DNA of 64,000 bases from a virus (taxonomy: Duplodnaviria; Caudoviricetes): positions 1-64,000 of the IMG/VR virus record IMGVR_UViG_2884411467_000001; one strand, given 5' to 3'. How positions within the stretch are numbered: the stretch's first letter is position 1; each line of letters begins with the position of its first letter. Positions 28,468 through 36,796 of the stretch are shown one piece after another. Position numbers and translations under genes: made by a program. The notes below the pieces were generated by a model. It was not told where the DNA came from and made no database searches. It was given only the letters and a program-made list of their open reading frames with translations.

Positions 28468-29111
28468 GCGGAGGCCTCACGCAGCTCAACCGTCACCGCA
28501 ATTGGCACCACGCGCAGCGGGCCGCGGTGAGGCTGCCTGACCTTCTGGGCCTTGAGCAGTCTTCCGGCCTCATCCTCGCTCGCCGTCACCTCGGCCAGGT
28601 TGATGCGGTCGTCCTGGTCCGCCAGCCCCCACAGTTCTGCGTGGCCCGCATTGAGCGTCGTCTGCATGTCGATCACCTTCAGTGCAATGAGTTGGTCTTG
28701 CAGCGCCAGCAGCGAGTCATCGCTGCCATAGCGCGTCCGGAACTTGCGGGCGTGGCGGGCATAGCTCGGCCCCAGCACGGCGGTGCACTGAGTGACGGTC
28801 ATCCCCTCGAGCGGCTCGCCGCGGTGATGCCAGCAACACAGGCCGATGCTGTAGCGGTGGCCGCGCCGGGTATGCCCATGGCGCCCTGTCTTGGTCAGGT
28901 GGTGCACCTCGGGCGTGGTGAGCCTTCCGCTCATCAGGCAGGCGAGGCAACCGATCATCCGAATGACCTCGAAGCGGAGGTCTTCGCCGACGGTCGGGGT
29001 TCCGGTGCTACGGCCCTGCCTGAGAGTGCTACCGCGCTTCTTCGCCTTGGGGGCGCGCTTGTCGCTCACCTGCTTGAGCGCTGTCCGGCTCAGCAATGCT
29101 GTCCGTTTCAT
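28464..29111 (-). CDS. Ref-family recombination enhancement HNH nuclease with C-terminal extension
   Basis: IGCLAC...EVHHL...GH..SIGLCCWHHRG...GPS.A motifs. Confidence 0.75.
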   Translation of the reverse strand: MKRTALLSRTALKQVSDKRAPKAKKRGSTLRQGRSTGTPTVGEDLRFEVIRMIGCLACLMSGRLTTPEVHHLTKTGRHGHTRRGHRYSIGLCCWHHRGEPLEGMTVTQCTAVLGPSYARHARKFRTRYGSDDSLLALQDQLIALKVIDMQTTLNAGHAELWGLADQDDRINLAEVTASEDEAGRLLKAQKVRQPHRGPLRVVPIAVTVELREASA

Positions 29112-29281
29112 GCCATCACCTGAACTGGTGCGGCCAACACGTCGTTCACCTTCTCGACCAGGCGCCGCGCCTCTTCCTCGGTCAGCCGGTACACCCCTGC
29201 CCCGACCAGCACCTCTATGCTGCCGTCAGGCAAGCGCTCCGCCAGAGGGCGATGCTTCATGGTTGGCTTGCGTGGATCCAT
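29108..29281 (-). CDS. Hypothetical protein
   Basis: MDPRKPT... coupled to its neighbours. Confidence 0.45.
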   Translation of the reverse strand: MDPRKPTMKHRPLAERLPDGSIEVLVGAGVYRLTEEEARRLVEKVNDVLAAPVQVMA

Positions 29282-29592
29282 CACGCGGCCCCCGCGCGGC
29301 CGGCCGGCACACCATTGGGCCACCCGCAGGCGCGGGCATCATTCAAGCGAGCGGCCTGCTTCTCTCGAATCGCTTTGGCGCGTATCGGATCGTCGTCATA
29401 GGGGACTGCGAGCACGTCGAGCGCGGTTCGCATGTGCCGAGAGGCCGTTGCACGAGAGATCCGCAGTTCGTCGCAGACGGCGTCGGCAATATCCCCCATG
29501 AGGAAGTGCTTATCGCGCCGGTAGGCATCTTGAACTGCCACCAGCACGCGCATGGCCAATGCCGTCGGCAACAAATCTCCTTTCCGTCTCAT
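29281..29592 (-). CDS. Hypothetical HTH-like protein
   Basis: IADAVCDELRISRATASRHM helix-turn-helix pattern. Confidence 0.5.
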   Translation of the reverse strand: MRRKGDLLPTALAMRVLVAVQDAYRRDKHFLMGDIADAVCDELRISRATASRHMRTALDVLAVPYDDDPIRAKAIREKQAARLNDARACGWPNGVPAGRAGAA

Positions 29593-30101
29593 CGCCACAC
29601 CTCGCGCAGGTTGCCGTCCACATATGCTTTCCAAACGTCGAACGCCGCTTGTGCGCCTTTGCACACGAACGCCGCGTAGCCCTCATCGATCGACTCAGTG
29701 AGCCACTCGATCTGGTTTTCACTCGGCCGACCGTCCAGCGCCTTCATCTCGATGTACAGCCCGTGGAAGCCGCTGCGCGCCACGCTGCAGAACAGGTCAT
29801 GCACGCCCGAGCGAACGCCTTCGGCCTTCAGGCGCCCCGCCTCAGCCTTCGAGCGGCGTCCACCATTGGGAATCGCGAAGGTGCGCTTAGCGGCGCGCGC
29901 ATAGCGCGGGTCTCGCAGCGCCAGCGAATCAACGCGCTGGATGAAGTCGACCTGCTCGCGGTGTTCTGGGTCGTCGCGCTTCACCTTCGGCGCCGACGGC
30001 AGCACGGGGAGCGTCGGCGTCTTCGGTACCGAGGGCAGGCGCGCACGCATGCCAGCGGGCATGTCGTCGACGCTGCGATAGCGGAGCGCGCCCTTAGGCA
30101 T
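29589..30101 (-). CDS. VRR-NUC domain nuclease
   Basis: FAIPNGG.RSK.EA..LKAEGV..GV.DL...GLYIEMK...S..Q..W motif. Confidence 0.85.
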   Translation of the reverse strand: MPKGALRYRSVDDMPAGMRARLPSVPKTPTLPVLPSAPKVKRDDPEHREQVDFIQRVDSLALRDPRYARAAKRTFAIPNGGRRSKAEAGRLKAEGVRSGVHDLFCSVARSGFHGLYIEMKALDGRPSENQIEWLTESIDEGYAAFVCKGAQAAFDVWKAYVDGNLREVWR

Positions 30102-30378
30102 CGATGTCCACCTGCATCAGGTCGCGCTCGAGGTATTGGCTCACGCGCAAGCGGGACTCTTGGTTGCCCGCATCTTGCGGACCGATGCCCAGCTCCTTGC
30201 ACGCCTGCCAGTAATCCCGCTTCTCCCGGCGACAGACGTAGCAATACCCACGCACGCGCTGCGAGCGCCACCTGATCCACTCAGGAAAATGCACGCCATG
30301 GCGCGCACAGCAGATCAGCACCTTCGTCCCTCGGAAAGGGAGCGTCGAATGCCGACGGGGGCGATCCTCACCCAACAT
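30094..30378 (-). CDS. Hypothetical Zn-binding protein
   Basis: CCARH...CYVC motif; in operon. Confidence 0.5.
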   Translation of the reverse strand: MLGEDRPRRHSTLPFRGTKVLICCARHGVHFPEWIRWRSQRVRGYCYVCRREKRDYWQACKELGIGPQDAGNQESRLRVSQYLERDLMQVDIDA

Positions 30379-30880
30379 AGCCGCCCCTCATGATCTCGCC
30401 GAGGCGACTGCGCATATCCACCGCCAGCCGATCCACCGAAAACTTGGTGCCATTGGCCGGCGAGGAGCGATAGGTACCGACAAGACTATCGATGTGCCGG
30501 TCCATGGCGGTGCCGTACTCGGCGTGGTGGTGGAGCGCCACTGCGCCCTCGCCATTGCAGCCGATGAACACTGCGACCTCACCGTGATCACGGAGGATCT
30601 CTGCGACTCGGCGCGATGCCGAGCCAACCGAGGCAAGCGTTACTTCACCGAGCTCGACCATGCCGGCCGTGGCAATGGAGAATAACTGCGTCGGACGGCC
30701 GTTCTGGTACTTGACCCGGTTTCGGACAGACTTCACCAGGCCCTCCGACTTCAGGAGGTTCAGCGCACGGCGCACCACGCTGTCACCCAGCGCCAGTTCT
30801 TTCATCATCGCCTCGACGGTCATGGACTCACGCTGGAGCGCGGCGTAAATGCGCGAGGCGGCTGGGCTCATGCTGATCAC
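30368..30880 (-). CDS. Hypothetical wHTH protein
   Basis: MTVEAMMKELALGDSVVRRALNLLKSEGLV wHTH pattern. Confidence 0.55.
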   Translation of the reverse strand: MISMSPAASRIYAALQRESMTVEAMMKELALGDSVVRRALNLLKSEGLVKSVRNRVKYQNGRPTQLFSIATAGMVELGEVTLASVGSASRRVAEILRDHGEVAVFIGCNGEGAVALHHHAEYGTAMDRHIDSLVGTYRSSPANGTKFSVDRLAVDMRSRLGEIMRGGYVG

Positions 30881-31554
30881 GCAACCTGCTCCTGAGCCTG
30901 AGCGCCCGAGCCAAGGATCTCGGCCATGCGCGCCAGTTCGCGACGCACCGTTTCGTCGTTCGCTGGCACCGGCTTCGCTGGCTTCTCGTGCTTGATCACC
31001 CCGGCGACCGGCGGAGGCAGTGGCCATCCCCGCATCACGTGCTCGCACGTCAGTTCGTAGGCCTCACTGACGGCACGCTCGCAGCGGAACTGATCGCCCG
31101 AGTTGTATTCGCCCGTGTTGAGGTACGTCCAGAACTGGCGAACGAACGGAGTGATGAACTCACCCAGGTGGCCCATGTCATGGCGCACAGAGGCGATGCT
31201 CGGAATGCCCATGCACATCGCACGGAAGCGTGGAGCCGATGGGGGCCATTCCAGTCCGCGCGCCAGCGCAGCCTGTAGCCCCAAGGCGATCTGCGCAGGC
31301 GTGACGCCAGCGAGCGCCGCAGACCACGTGTCGGCAGCGTTGCCGGCTGGGTCTACCCCGTACTGCTTCGTCCACGTGTTGCCGAACATGTGCGCCATCT
31401 TCAACCAGAACTTATCCAGCAGGTCCTGCGGTGCACGTGCCTTCAACGACCTCACTCGATCGTCGGCCGTCTTGCTCACGGGCTTGTCGCTCGTCGATGG
31501 CGCGCTGGACATCGTCGCCAACGCCTCCTGCGCTGCCGCTGCTACGGGTTGCAT
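30877..31554 (-). CDS. Replication protein P-like helicase loader
   Basis: FWLKMAHMFGNTW..QYG...W...L..........GL......EWPPSAP.FRAMC motif. Confidence 0.7.
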   Translation of the reverse strand: MQPVAAAAQEALATMSSAPSTSDKPVSKTADDRVRSLKARAPQDLLDKFWLKMAHMFGNTWTKQYGVDPAGNAADTWSAALAGVTPAQIALGLQAALARGLEWPPSAPRFRAMCMGIPSIASVRHDMGHLGEFITPFVRQFWTYLNTGEYNSGDQFRCERAVSEAYELTCEHVMRGWPLPPPVAGVIKHEKPAKPVPANDETVRRELARMAEILGSGAQAQEQVA

Positions 31555-32236
31555 GGGTGCCTCCGTTGGAGTTCTGCTTCGGCGCGAATAGGCCGCGCCA
31601 GCCGAGTTCGATCGCGTTGTCGATAACCTTCTTGGGCGGCCAGCCTTCGGCGCGCAGCCTGCCGAGGGCTTCGATGGCCAGCTCGGCGGCGCGTTGGGTC
31701 AGCGGCTGCTTGCGCTCCTTCCGGTCACTCACCCAGGCATCCCAGACGTCGGGCGGCAGCCAGGGGGGCAATGTGACTTCGATCGGAGGTGTAGCTGAAC
31801 GCGTGCGCTGACGTTTGCTCTTATTGACGGTTAATGACGGTTCTTGACGGTTAGTGTCCGCCTGGCGGACTTCGTCGTCCGTCTCCCGGACTTCGTTGTC
31901 CGGCAGGCGGACTAGTCCGCCGTCATCCGAACTAGTACGCCTGCCGGACTGGTTGCCCTCGTGGACTAGTTCACCTGCCGCGAAAGCTGCCGGCGTGACG
32001 TTGTAAGTCGTCTTGTAACGGTCGGTCCGATCCGCCTTCACCGCCTTGTACTTTTCCAGCCACTTGATTGCGTCGATCACCGCCGTGCGACCGAAGCACG
32101 TCCGCTCGCAGATCGTCGTCAAGGAGGGCCAGCAATAGCCTTGGTCGTTGGCGTTGTCCGCCAGCGAGATCAGCACTGCCTTCGGCGTCGGAGGCATCTG
32201 CAGGGGCCAGCACTGCGCCATGATCATCGTGCTCAT
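31412..32236 (-). CDS. Replication initiator (O-like, N-terminal HTH)
   Basis: KAVLISLADNANDQGYCWPS..TI.ERT motif; internal iterons. Confidence 0.8.
   Translation of the reverse strand: MSTMIMAQCWPLQMPPTPKAVLISLADNANDQGYCWPSLTTICERTCFGRTAVIDAIKWLEKYKAVKADRTDRYKTTYNVTPAAFAAGELVHEGNQSGRRTSSDDGGLVRLPDNEVRETDDEVRQADTNRQEPSLTVNKSKRQRTRSATPPIEVTLPPWLPPDVWDAWVSDRKERKQPLTQRAAELAIEALGRLRAEGWPPKKVIDNAIELGWRGLFAPKQNSNGGTHATRSSGSAGGVGDDVQRAIDERQAREQDGRRSSEVVEGTCTAGPAG
31825..31975. repeat. Iterons / putative replication origin inside the initiator gene
   Basis: TGACGGTT x3 with 10-bp period (31825-31852); CGGACTTCGT(C/T)GTCC x2 (31866, 31887); palindrome GCGGACTAGTCCGC (31907-31920). Confidence 0.65.
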
Positions 32237-32314
32237 GGCGCACGCTCCAGGGCGGACCCCTCACGGTGATAGGCTGGCTGTGCGACCAGAACAACCACAC
32301 ACCGAAGGGAATCC

Positions 32315-32563
32315 ATGAACGAGGAGCAGCTGGAAAACGCCTTCTCCCATATGATGGGACGAGTCGTCGCGATGGAGTTTGCGCTGAAGGTACTCATCAG
32401 CACTCACCCCGATCCAGAGAAGTTAGCCGCCGTTTGGCGCGCACGTGTACCGGATTTGGTCGACGCCGGTAGCGAATCGCCGGAGACCGTGCACGACCCT
32501 GAGTTCCGCGAAGGACTGACGCGCCAGCTTCAACTGCTCGGTTCCCACCTGTCTCAGAAGTAG
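32315..32563 (+). CDS. Antisense moron, hypothetical
   Basis: AAGGGA RBS; 82-aa helical ORF opposite the early-right operon. Confidence 0.55.
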   Translation: MNEEQLENAFSHMMGRVVAMEFALKVLISTHPDPEKLAAVWRARVPDLVDAGSESPETVHDPEFREGLTRQLQLLGSHLSQK

Positions 32564-32731
32564 GCCACCAGATCCATGGACGCCATCGGATGTCGCGATT
32601 GCGGTACCGCACGAACGCCCAGCCAACATGCACCCACCAACCACGACCATTCGCGCGATATACAGGGCGCATACCCATTACGAGCGCCAGCGCGTTCATC
32701 TTGATTGGGTCGAGGTTGGGAGTGATGTCAG

Positions 32732-32971
32732 TCATGTCTGTGGCGTGAGATGCGCGCGATCGAGCTCCCGTAGAGCAATCGCTGCGTCGCTGGTGGTCAT
32801 ACCTGAGCGCGCCGCCAGCTCTTTGCAGGCGGCTTCGAAGGCAAGTTCTTCAGGCGGTTTTCCGAGAAGCGATGCAGCGCTGATGAGTCGCCCGTAGGCC
32901 TCGTCACCACCAAGCTCCAACGCAGATAGACGGCCGTTAAAACGGTCCTGAACACGGACTTCAGCCTTCAT
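32732..32971 (-). CDS. Hypothetical protein
   Basis: Operonic overlap with its neighbours. Confidence 0.5.
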   Translation of the reverse strand: MKAEVRVQDRFNGRLSALELGGDEAYGRLISAASLLGKPPEELAFEAACKELAARSGMTTSDAAIALRELDRAHLTPQT

Positions 32972-33161
32972 GCGAGCCAGCGCTACGCTGTTCGCCGAAT
33001 TCCTCCAGGATCTTCTGAACGCCCATGTTGATGAGCTCGCGCTTCAGCTCTCCCCACGTACGTCCGGCCAACACGGCAGCTTTCTTGCCGCGCCCGCGCT
33101 CGATGTCATTGAGAGCGACCTTCTCGTCTTGGCGCCGAAGCTGGGGATCGAGGTACGTCAT
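32961..33161 (-). CDS. CII-position regulator (ribbon-helix-helix-like)
   Basis: Follows cro; small basic protein (VALNDIERGRGKKAAVLAG). Confidence 0.55.
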   Translation of the reverse strand: MTYLDPQLRRQDEKVALNDIERGRGKKAAVLAGRTWGELKRELINMGVQKILEEFGEQRSAGSHEG

Positions 33162-33201
33162 AGTCAGGTCCTTTGAACTGCGAGTTGGTCTGTGGTCACG
33201 G

Positions 33202-33411
33202 TCAAGCGGCCTGATTGGGCTGCTTGTCGTTGTTGGCGGGCGGCTGGCGACCTACAAGCTGCAAGATGCGAAACCCGGTGTCGTAGCTCACGGAAAGAAC
33301 CCCGTTCCGGATGCGATTGATCGTCGAGCGGTTAACGCCAACGGCCTGGGCGATTTGATGCTCGTTCCAGTGGGCATCGATGAGGGCTTGCACAGCGGCT
33401 TTAGGAGTCAT
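33202..33411 (-). CDS. cro: Cro-like repressor
   Basis: HTH WNEHQIAQAVGVNRSTINRIRNG; divergent from cI. Confidence 0.8.
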   Translation of the reverse strand: MTPKAAVQALIDAHWNEHQIAQAVGVNRSTINRIRNGVLSVSYDTGFRILQLVGRQPPANNDKQPNQAA

Positions 33412-33419
33412 GGGCCATG

Positions 33420-33448
33420 AGCATTGTGCGTTTACGCACAAATGTCAA
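33420..33448 (-). promoter_or_regulatory. pR with OR-like operator
   Basis: Minus-strand TTGACA (33448-33443); palindrome TTGTGCGT-TT-ACGCACAA (33424-33441) in the spacer. Confidence 0.7.
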
Positions 33449-33497
33449 TGCTTTTGCGCAATCAACTGCGCAGACGCAATGTCCGAACATGGAGGGC

Positions 33498-34181
33498 ATG
33501 AGCTACCTCCAGCAGAACCTCAAATGGCTGTTTGAAACGAAGAAGACCAACGGCTACCAAGTGGCCCAGAAGACGGGCGTGGTCGCGAGCACGATCAATC
33601 GCATCGTGAATAGCAAGTTCAACGACGCGCGAGACAGCACGATTCGGCCAATCGCGGAACACTTCGGCCTTTCAGTCAATGACTTGAAGAATGTGGACCT
33701 GCAGGCCCAGGAGAAGCTTCTGGCCGTGGGTGAGGCCGTGGGTAAGCTGTCAGTGGACGCGTGCCTGATCACGGCGGTTCCCGAATTTTTCCCGGAGGAT
33801 GCTCCGCTCATGAACCTGCTGGCACCTCAGGACACGATCGCCCTATCGAAACCTGCGCTCGCGGCTATCACGACCGCCCCGCCATCTGATGTGCGTTTCG
33901 CGATTGCCCTGGACGATGCCATGCGCGGCGAGATTGAAAAAGGTGAGCTGGTTCTCATTGATACCCGTGTTCGGACCGTTACGGTCGACGGCATCTATGC
34001 TTTTACTTACTTCAAGCGACCGCACATTAAGCGAGGCGGTCACGAGGGAGCATCAGGTGGTTTGATGTTCACCGGAACCAATCCAAGGGTGAACAATATC
34101 CCCGTGGAGACCGAGGAAGAGATGAAAGGACTCAACATCATCGGCCAAGTCATTGCCTCCTTCACCAGGCGGCGTTACTGA
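33498..34181 (+). CDS. cI: CI-like repressor (HTH + S24-like domain, catalytic Ser replaced by Ala)
   Basis: GGAGG RBS; HTH NGYQVAQKTGVVASTINRIVN; S24-like DDAM...GELVLID...DGIYAF...IKR...IIGQVI. Confidence 0.85.
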   Translation: MSYLQQNLKWLFETKKTNGYQVAQKTGVVASTINRIVNSKFNDARDSTIRPIAEHFGLSVNDLKNVDLQAQEKLLAVGEAVGKLSVDACLITAVPEFFPEDAPLMNLLAPQDTIALSKPALAAITTAPPSDVRFAIALDDAMRGEIEKGELVLIDTRVRTVTVDGIYAFTYFKRPHIKRGGHEGASGGLMFTGTNPRVNNIPVETEEEMKGLNIIGQVIASFTRRRY

Positions 34182-34216
34182 GTCGATTGCCTGCGGCCTT
34201 CAGGGGGAGGGACAAG

Positions 34217-35875
34217 GTGGTATATCTAGCAAAGTGGGCCAGGAACTATTGGGTCCAAGGGACTGCCTTTGCCGTCCTGTATGGATTGACCTTCTACCAT
34301 TTGAAGGATGCCTCGCCAGCTACTCTTAACTTGCCTGTCGGCATGCGACTAGCGCTTTTCCTTGCCCTTCCACCGCGTTGGTGGCCTTGGCTTGTCGCCG
34401 GAGACATCGGAGCAAACGGGTACTGGAACATCACCGTTGCCGTGAAGCATCACTTTCCTGCCCTTTGGGCGGCGGTGGGTACGTCAATGCCGGTGCTCGC
34501 AGGCCTGATCCCTGCACACTTCAACAGGAAGTTTGGCGGCCCATACGATTTTGATAAGCCCCGCGACGCGATGCGCTTCCTTACCACCGCAGCCGGCAGC
34601 TCGCTCCTCACCGCGCTGGTATGCATCCTTGGCATTCTGGCCGCATCCATCGGCCGCCCCACGGGCATGACCTATGCCGACCCGGCCTTGGCGTCCCAGT
34701 TCACGATTTATCTCACTGGAGCATTAGCTTCCACTGTGCTCCTGCCGCCACTGGTGCATGTCGTTCGGGAGTTCTTTCCTAAAGGCAAGCGTGCTCTCAC
34801 GGACAAGGACCTGATCCTTATCGGCGGGTTTGCCGCCTATGTGCTGGTGGGAACGCTCTTCCTACAATCGGTCCCAATCGGCATGCTCACGCTTGTCCGA
34901 TGTGCTCTCTATGCGCCCCTGATCCTCATGACGCGCATCATGGGTTGGCGTGGCGCCACCATCATGGGGCTCGTTTGTGCAATAGCTCTTCAGGCGACGC
35001 AACGCGTTGACGTGGAAGGGCCATTTATCTCGGTGCAGGATATCGCCACTGCCTGCGCGGTCACCATGTTCATCTTCGGGTCCGTTATCTCCGAACAACG
35101 CAAGCAGGTGATAGCTGCCAAGGCGCAAAGCGAGCAGTCGCAGAGCGACGTGCGTCAGATGCGTGGCCTTGTTAAGCGCCACGCAACTCGTTCCGAAGCG
35201 CTCTTTCGGCACAGCGCGGGAATCATGGAAGATCTCGTGCGCGGCGCTCAGCAGGCGGAACGACAGATGCAGGACACGCCCGATCGTGGGGAGCGCGCCC
35301 TCATCCAGTGGGAGGCGATGAAGGGAATTCGCGAACGAATGCGCTCACTGAGTGAGATCTTCCATCCAGAATTGCTCGAGCAGGCAGGGCTCAGAGCAAC
35401 TATCTCGTCCGGGCCGCTGTACCAGATACTCAGCGCCTGCGGGATTGCGTTTGACGACGATCTACGTGCGCGTCCGGGCCTACTCTCGCAAGAAGTCCAA
35501 ATGTCGCTGTACCGCCTTTCTTACGAAGGGGCGTGCGTCATGCTTCGCGATAAGACACCGGAGAGGATGGTGGTGTCACTTCGGATCGGCAGAATTGCTA
35601 GGGGGCCGCGCTACGCGATCCTGCGCTTGAAAGGCGTTGTTTCGAGCCCTGAGGGATGGCGTGCCCCGACCAGTGTTGTGACCACAGGTTTCAGCCTGGA
35701 TGGTATGGGCTTGGTGGCGGAAAGCTTCCAGGGTCGCGTCAAATACAGCAGGGACGCGCACCGCATGACCATCCTCTTGTTCGACGGTGCAACTCAGGCG
35801 ATCACTGAGACCGTAAAGGCCCTACCGTTCTCAATGAACCAAGGCCACCCCTCGGTTACCGACGCCGCGGGCTAA
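34217..35875 (+). CDS. MASE1-domain membrane sensor with degenerate HisKA_3/HATPase-like tail
   Basis: GGGGAGG RBS, GTG start; LPVGMRLALFL.LPPRWWPWLVAGD and about 9 TMs; HPELLEQAGL and LYRLSYEG resemble UhpB-type kinase segments. Confidence 0.7.
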   Translation: MVYLAKWARNYWVQGTAFAVLYGLTFYHLKDASPATLNLPVGMRLALFLALPPRWWPWLVAGDIGANGYWNITVAVKHHFPALWAAVGTSMPVLAGLIPAHFNRKFGGPYDFDKPRDAMRFLTTAAGSSLLTALVCILGILAASIGRPTGMTYADPALASQFTIYLTGALASTVLLPPLVHVVREFFPKGKRALTDKDLILIGGFAAYVLVGTLFLQSVPIGMLTLVRCALYAPLILMTRIMGWRGATIMGLVCAIALQATQRVDVEGPFISVQDIATACAVTMFIFGSVISEQRKQVIAAKAQSEQSQSDVRQMRGLVKRHATRSEALFRHSAGIMEDLVRGAQQAERQMQDTPDRGERALIQWEAMKGIRERMRSLSEIFHPELLEQAGLRATISSGPLYQILSACGIAFDDDLRARPGLLSQEVQMSLYRLSYEGACVMLRDKTPERMVVSLRIGRIARGPRYAILRLKGVVSSPEGWRAPTSVVTTGFSLDGMGLVAESFQGRVKYSRDAHRMTILLFDGATQAITETVKALPFSMNQGHPSVTDAAG

Positions 35876-35888
35876 ACCCGCGGCGTCG
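35860..35888. terminator. 12-bp hairpin at the convergent gene junction
   Basis: CGACGCCGCGGG-CTAAA-CCCGCGGCGTCG; the MASE1 stop codon lies in the loop. Confidence 0.6.
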
Positions 35889-35897
35889 TGGGACGCT

Positions 35898-36356
35898 TTA
35901 ATTGATCTTCGTGCAGTCGGTGACACTGGTGCAGTCCGCCGCCGCGACAGGTCTCGCGCTGGGCGATGCCACAAGCCCTCTTGTTGGCGATGCAGTAACC
36001 GTGGTGCCGCTGTCTGAGTACACGGTCACGCCGTCAGCCGGTGCCGAATCAGTGACCGCCTGCAATTGACCGGCGCCCAGCGGCAGCGCGAGCGAACTCG
36101 TCCCATCAGGCGACGCCGCCACGCCGCCGCGCACAGTTCCGTTCACGTCGTTCACCTGGATGAATTTCAGGCCATTGACGGCGAACACGTAGACATGGAA
36201 CTGCGGATTCGCGCTTACGTCCTGGGCGTTTGGCCACGATTGGCCCAAGCCGCTGGCCGGCGCAGTCTGGGCTACTGCAACGCCCAAACCACCCATCAGC
36301 AAGCACAGCCCCATCGCCAAGGCCACAACGGCCCACTTTAATCTGCTCCGGTCCAT
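35898..36356 (-). CDS. Secreted protein of unknown function (GLGQSWPNAQDVS type)
   Basis: Sec signal peptide ending VAVA-Q; FHVYVF..NG..FIQVND.NG.VRG beta-rich core; C-terminal DCTSVTDCTKIN. Confidence 0.7.
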   Translation of the reverse strand: MDRSRLKWAVVALAMGLCLLMGGLGVAVAQTAPASGLGQSWPNAQDVSANPQFHVYVFAVNGLKFIQVNDVNGTVRGGVAASPDGTSSLALPLGAGQLQAVTDSAPADGVTVYSDSGTTVTASPTRGLVASPSARPVAAADCTSVTDCTKIN

Positions 36357-36474
36357 CCCCTGCTCTCCTTCAGTCTGTTGGCCTTTCGGCGATTCTTGCG
36401 CCGCCAACTCAAGCACTGAACCTGATCAAAAACATGAACGCCCACTGAATGCCGCGCACATTTCAGTGCGGATG

Positions 36475-36528
36475 TGTGCGTTTTCGCACGCACCCCTATT
36501 GCAAATAGTATGTGCGTTTACGCACAAT
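36475..36528 (+). promoter_or_regulatory. OL/pL-like operators and promoter
   Basis: TGTGCGTTTACGCACAA (36511-36527) identical to the OR site; variant TGTGCGTTTTCGCACG (36475-36490); TTGCAA at 36499. Confidence 0.7.
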
Positions 36529-36556
36529 TGATTGCACTTCACGAGGGGCCTATGCG

Positions 36557-36796
36557 ATGAGCGCCGTCTACCCAGCCGAACTATTCGTCCTGCGCCGTCA
36601 GGTCCGAAACGTCTCACTCGCTCCAGCCAGCGTCACCAGGACAGCCGAACGCATCGCCCTTCGCGCCCGCGCCATCGGCATCTCCACCTTCCGTGCCCGC
36701 GAGGGCGCCCTGAACTACCTAGCCTCCCTGTCGTATCTGGGCGGTATGTACGTCCTCGGCGCCAGCGGCACTGACAAGCCGAAGGGTACGGCATGA
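36557..36796 (+). CDS. Hypothetical, first gene of the pL operon
   Basis: GAGGGG RBS; ATGA-coupled to the next gene. Confidence 0.5.
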   Translation: MSAVYPAELFVLRRQVRNVSLAPASVTRTAERIALRARAIGISTFRAREGALNYLASLSYLGGMYVLGASGTDKPKGTA

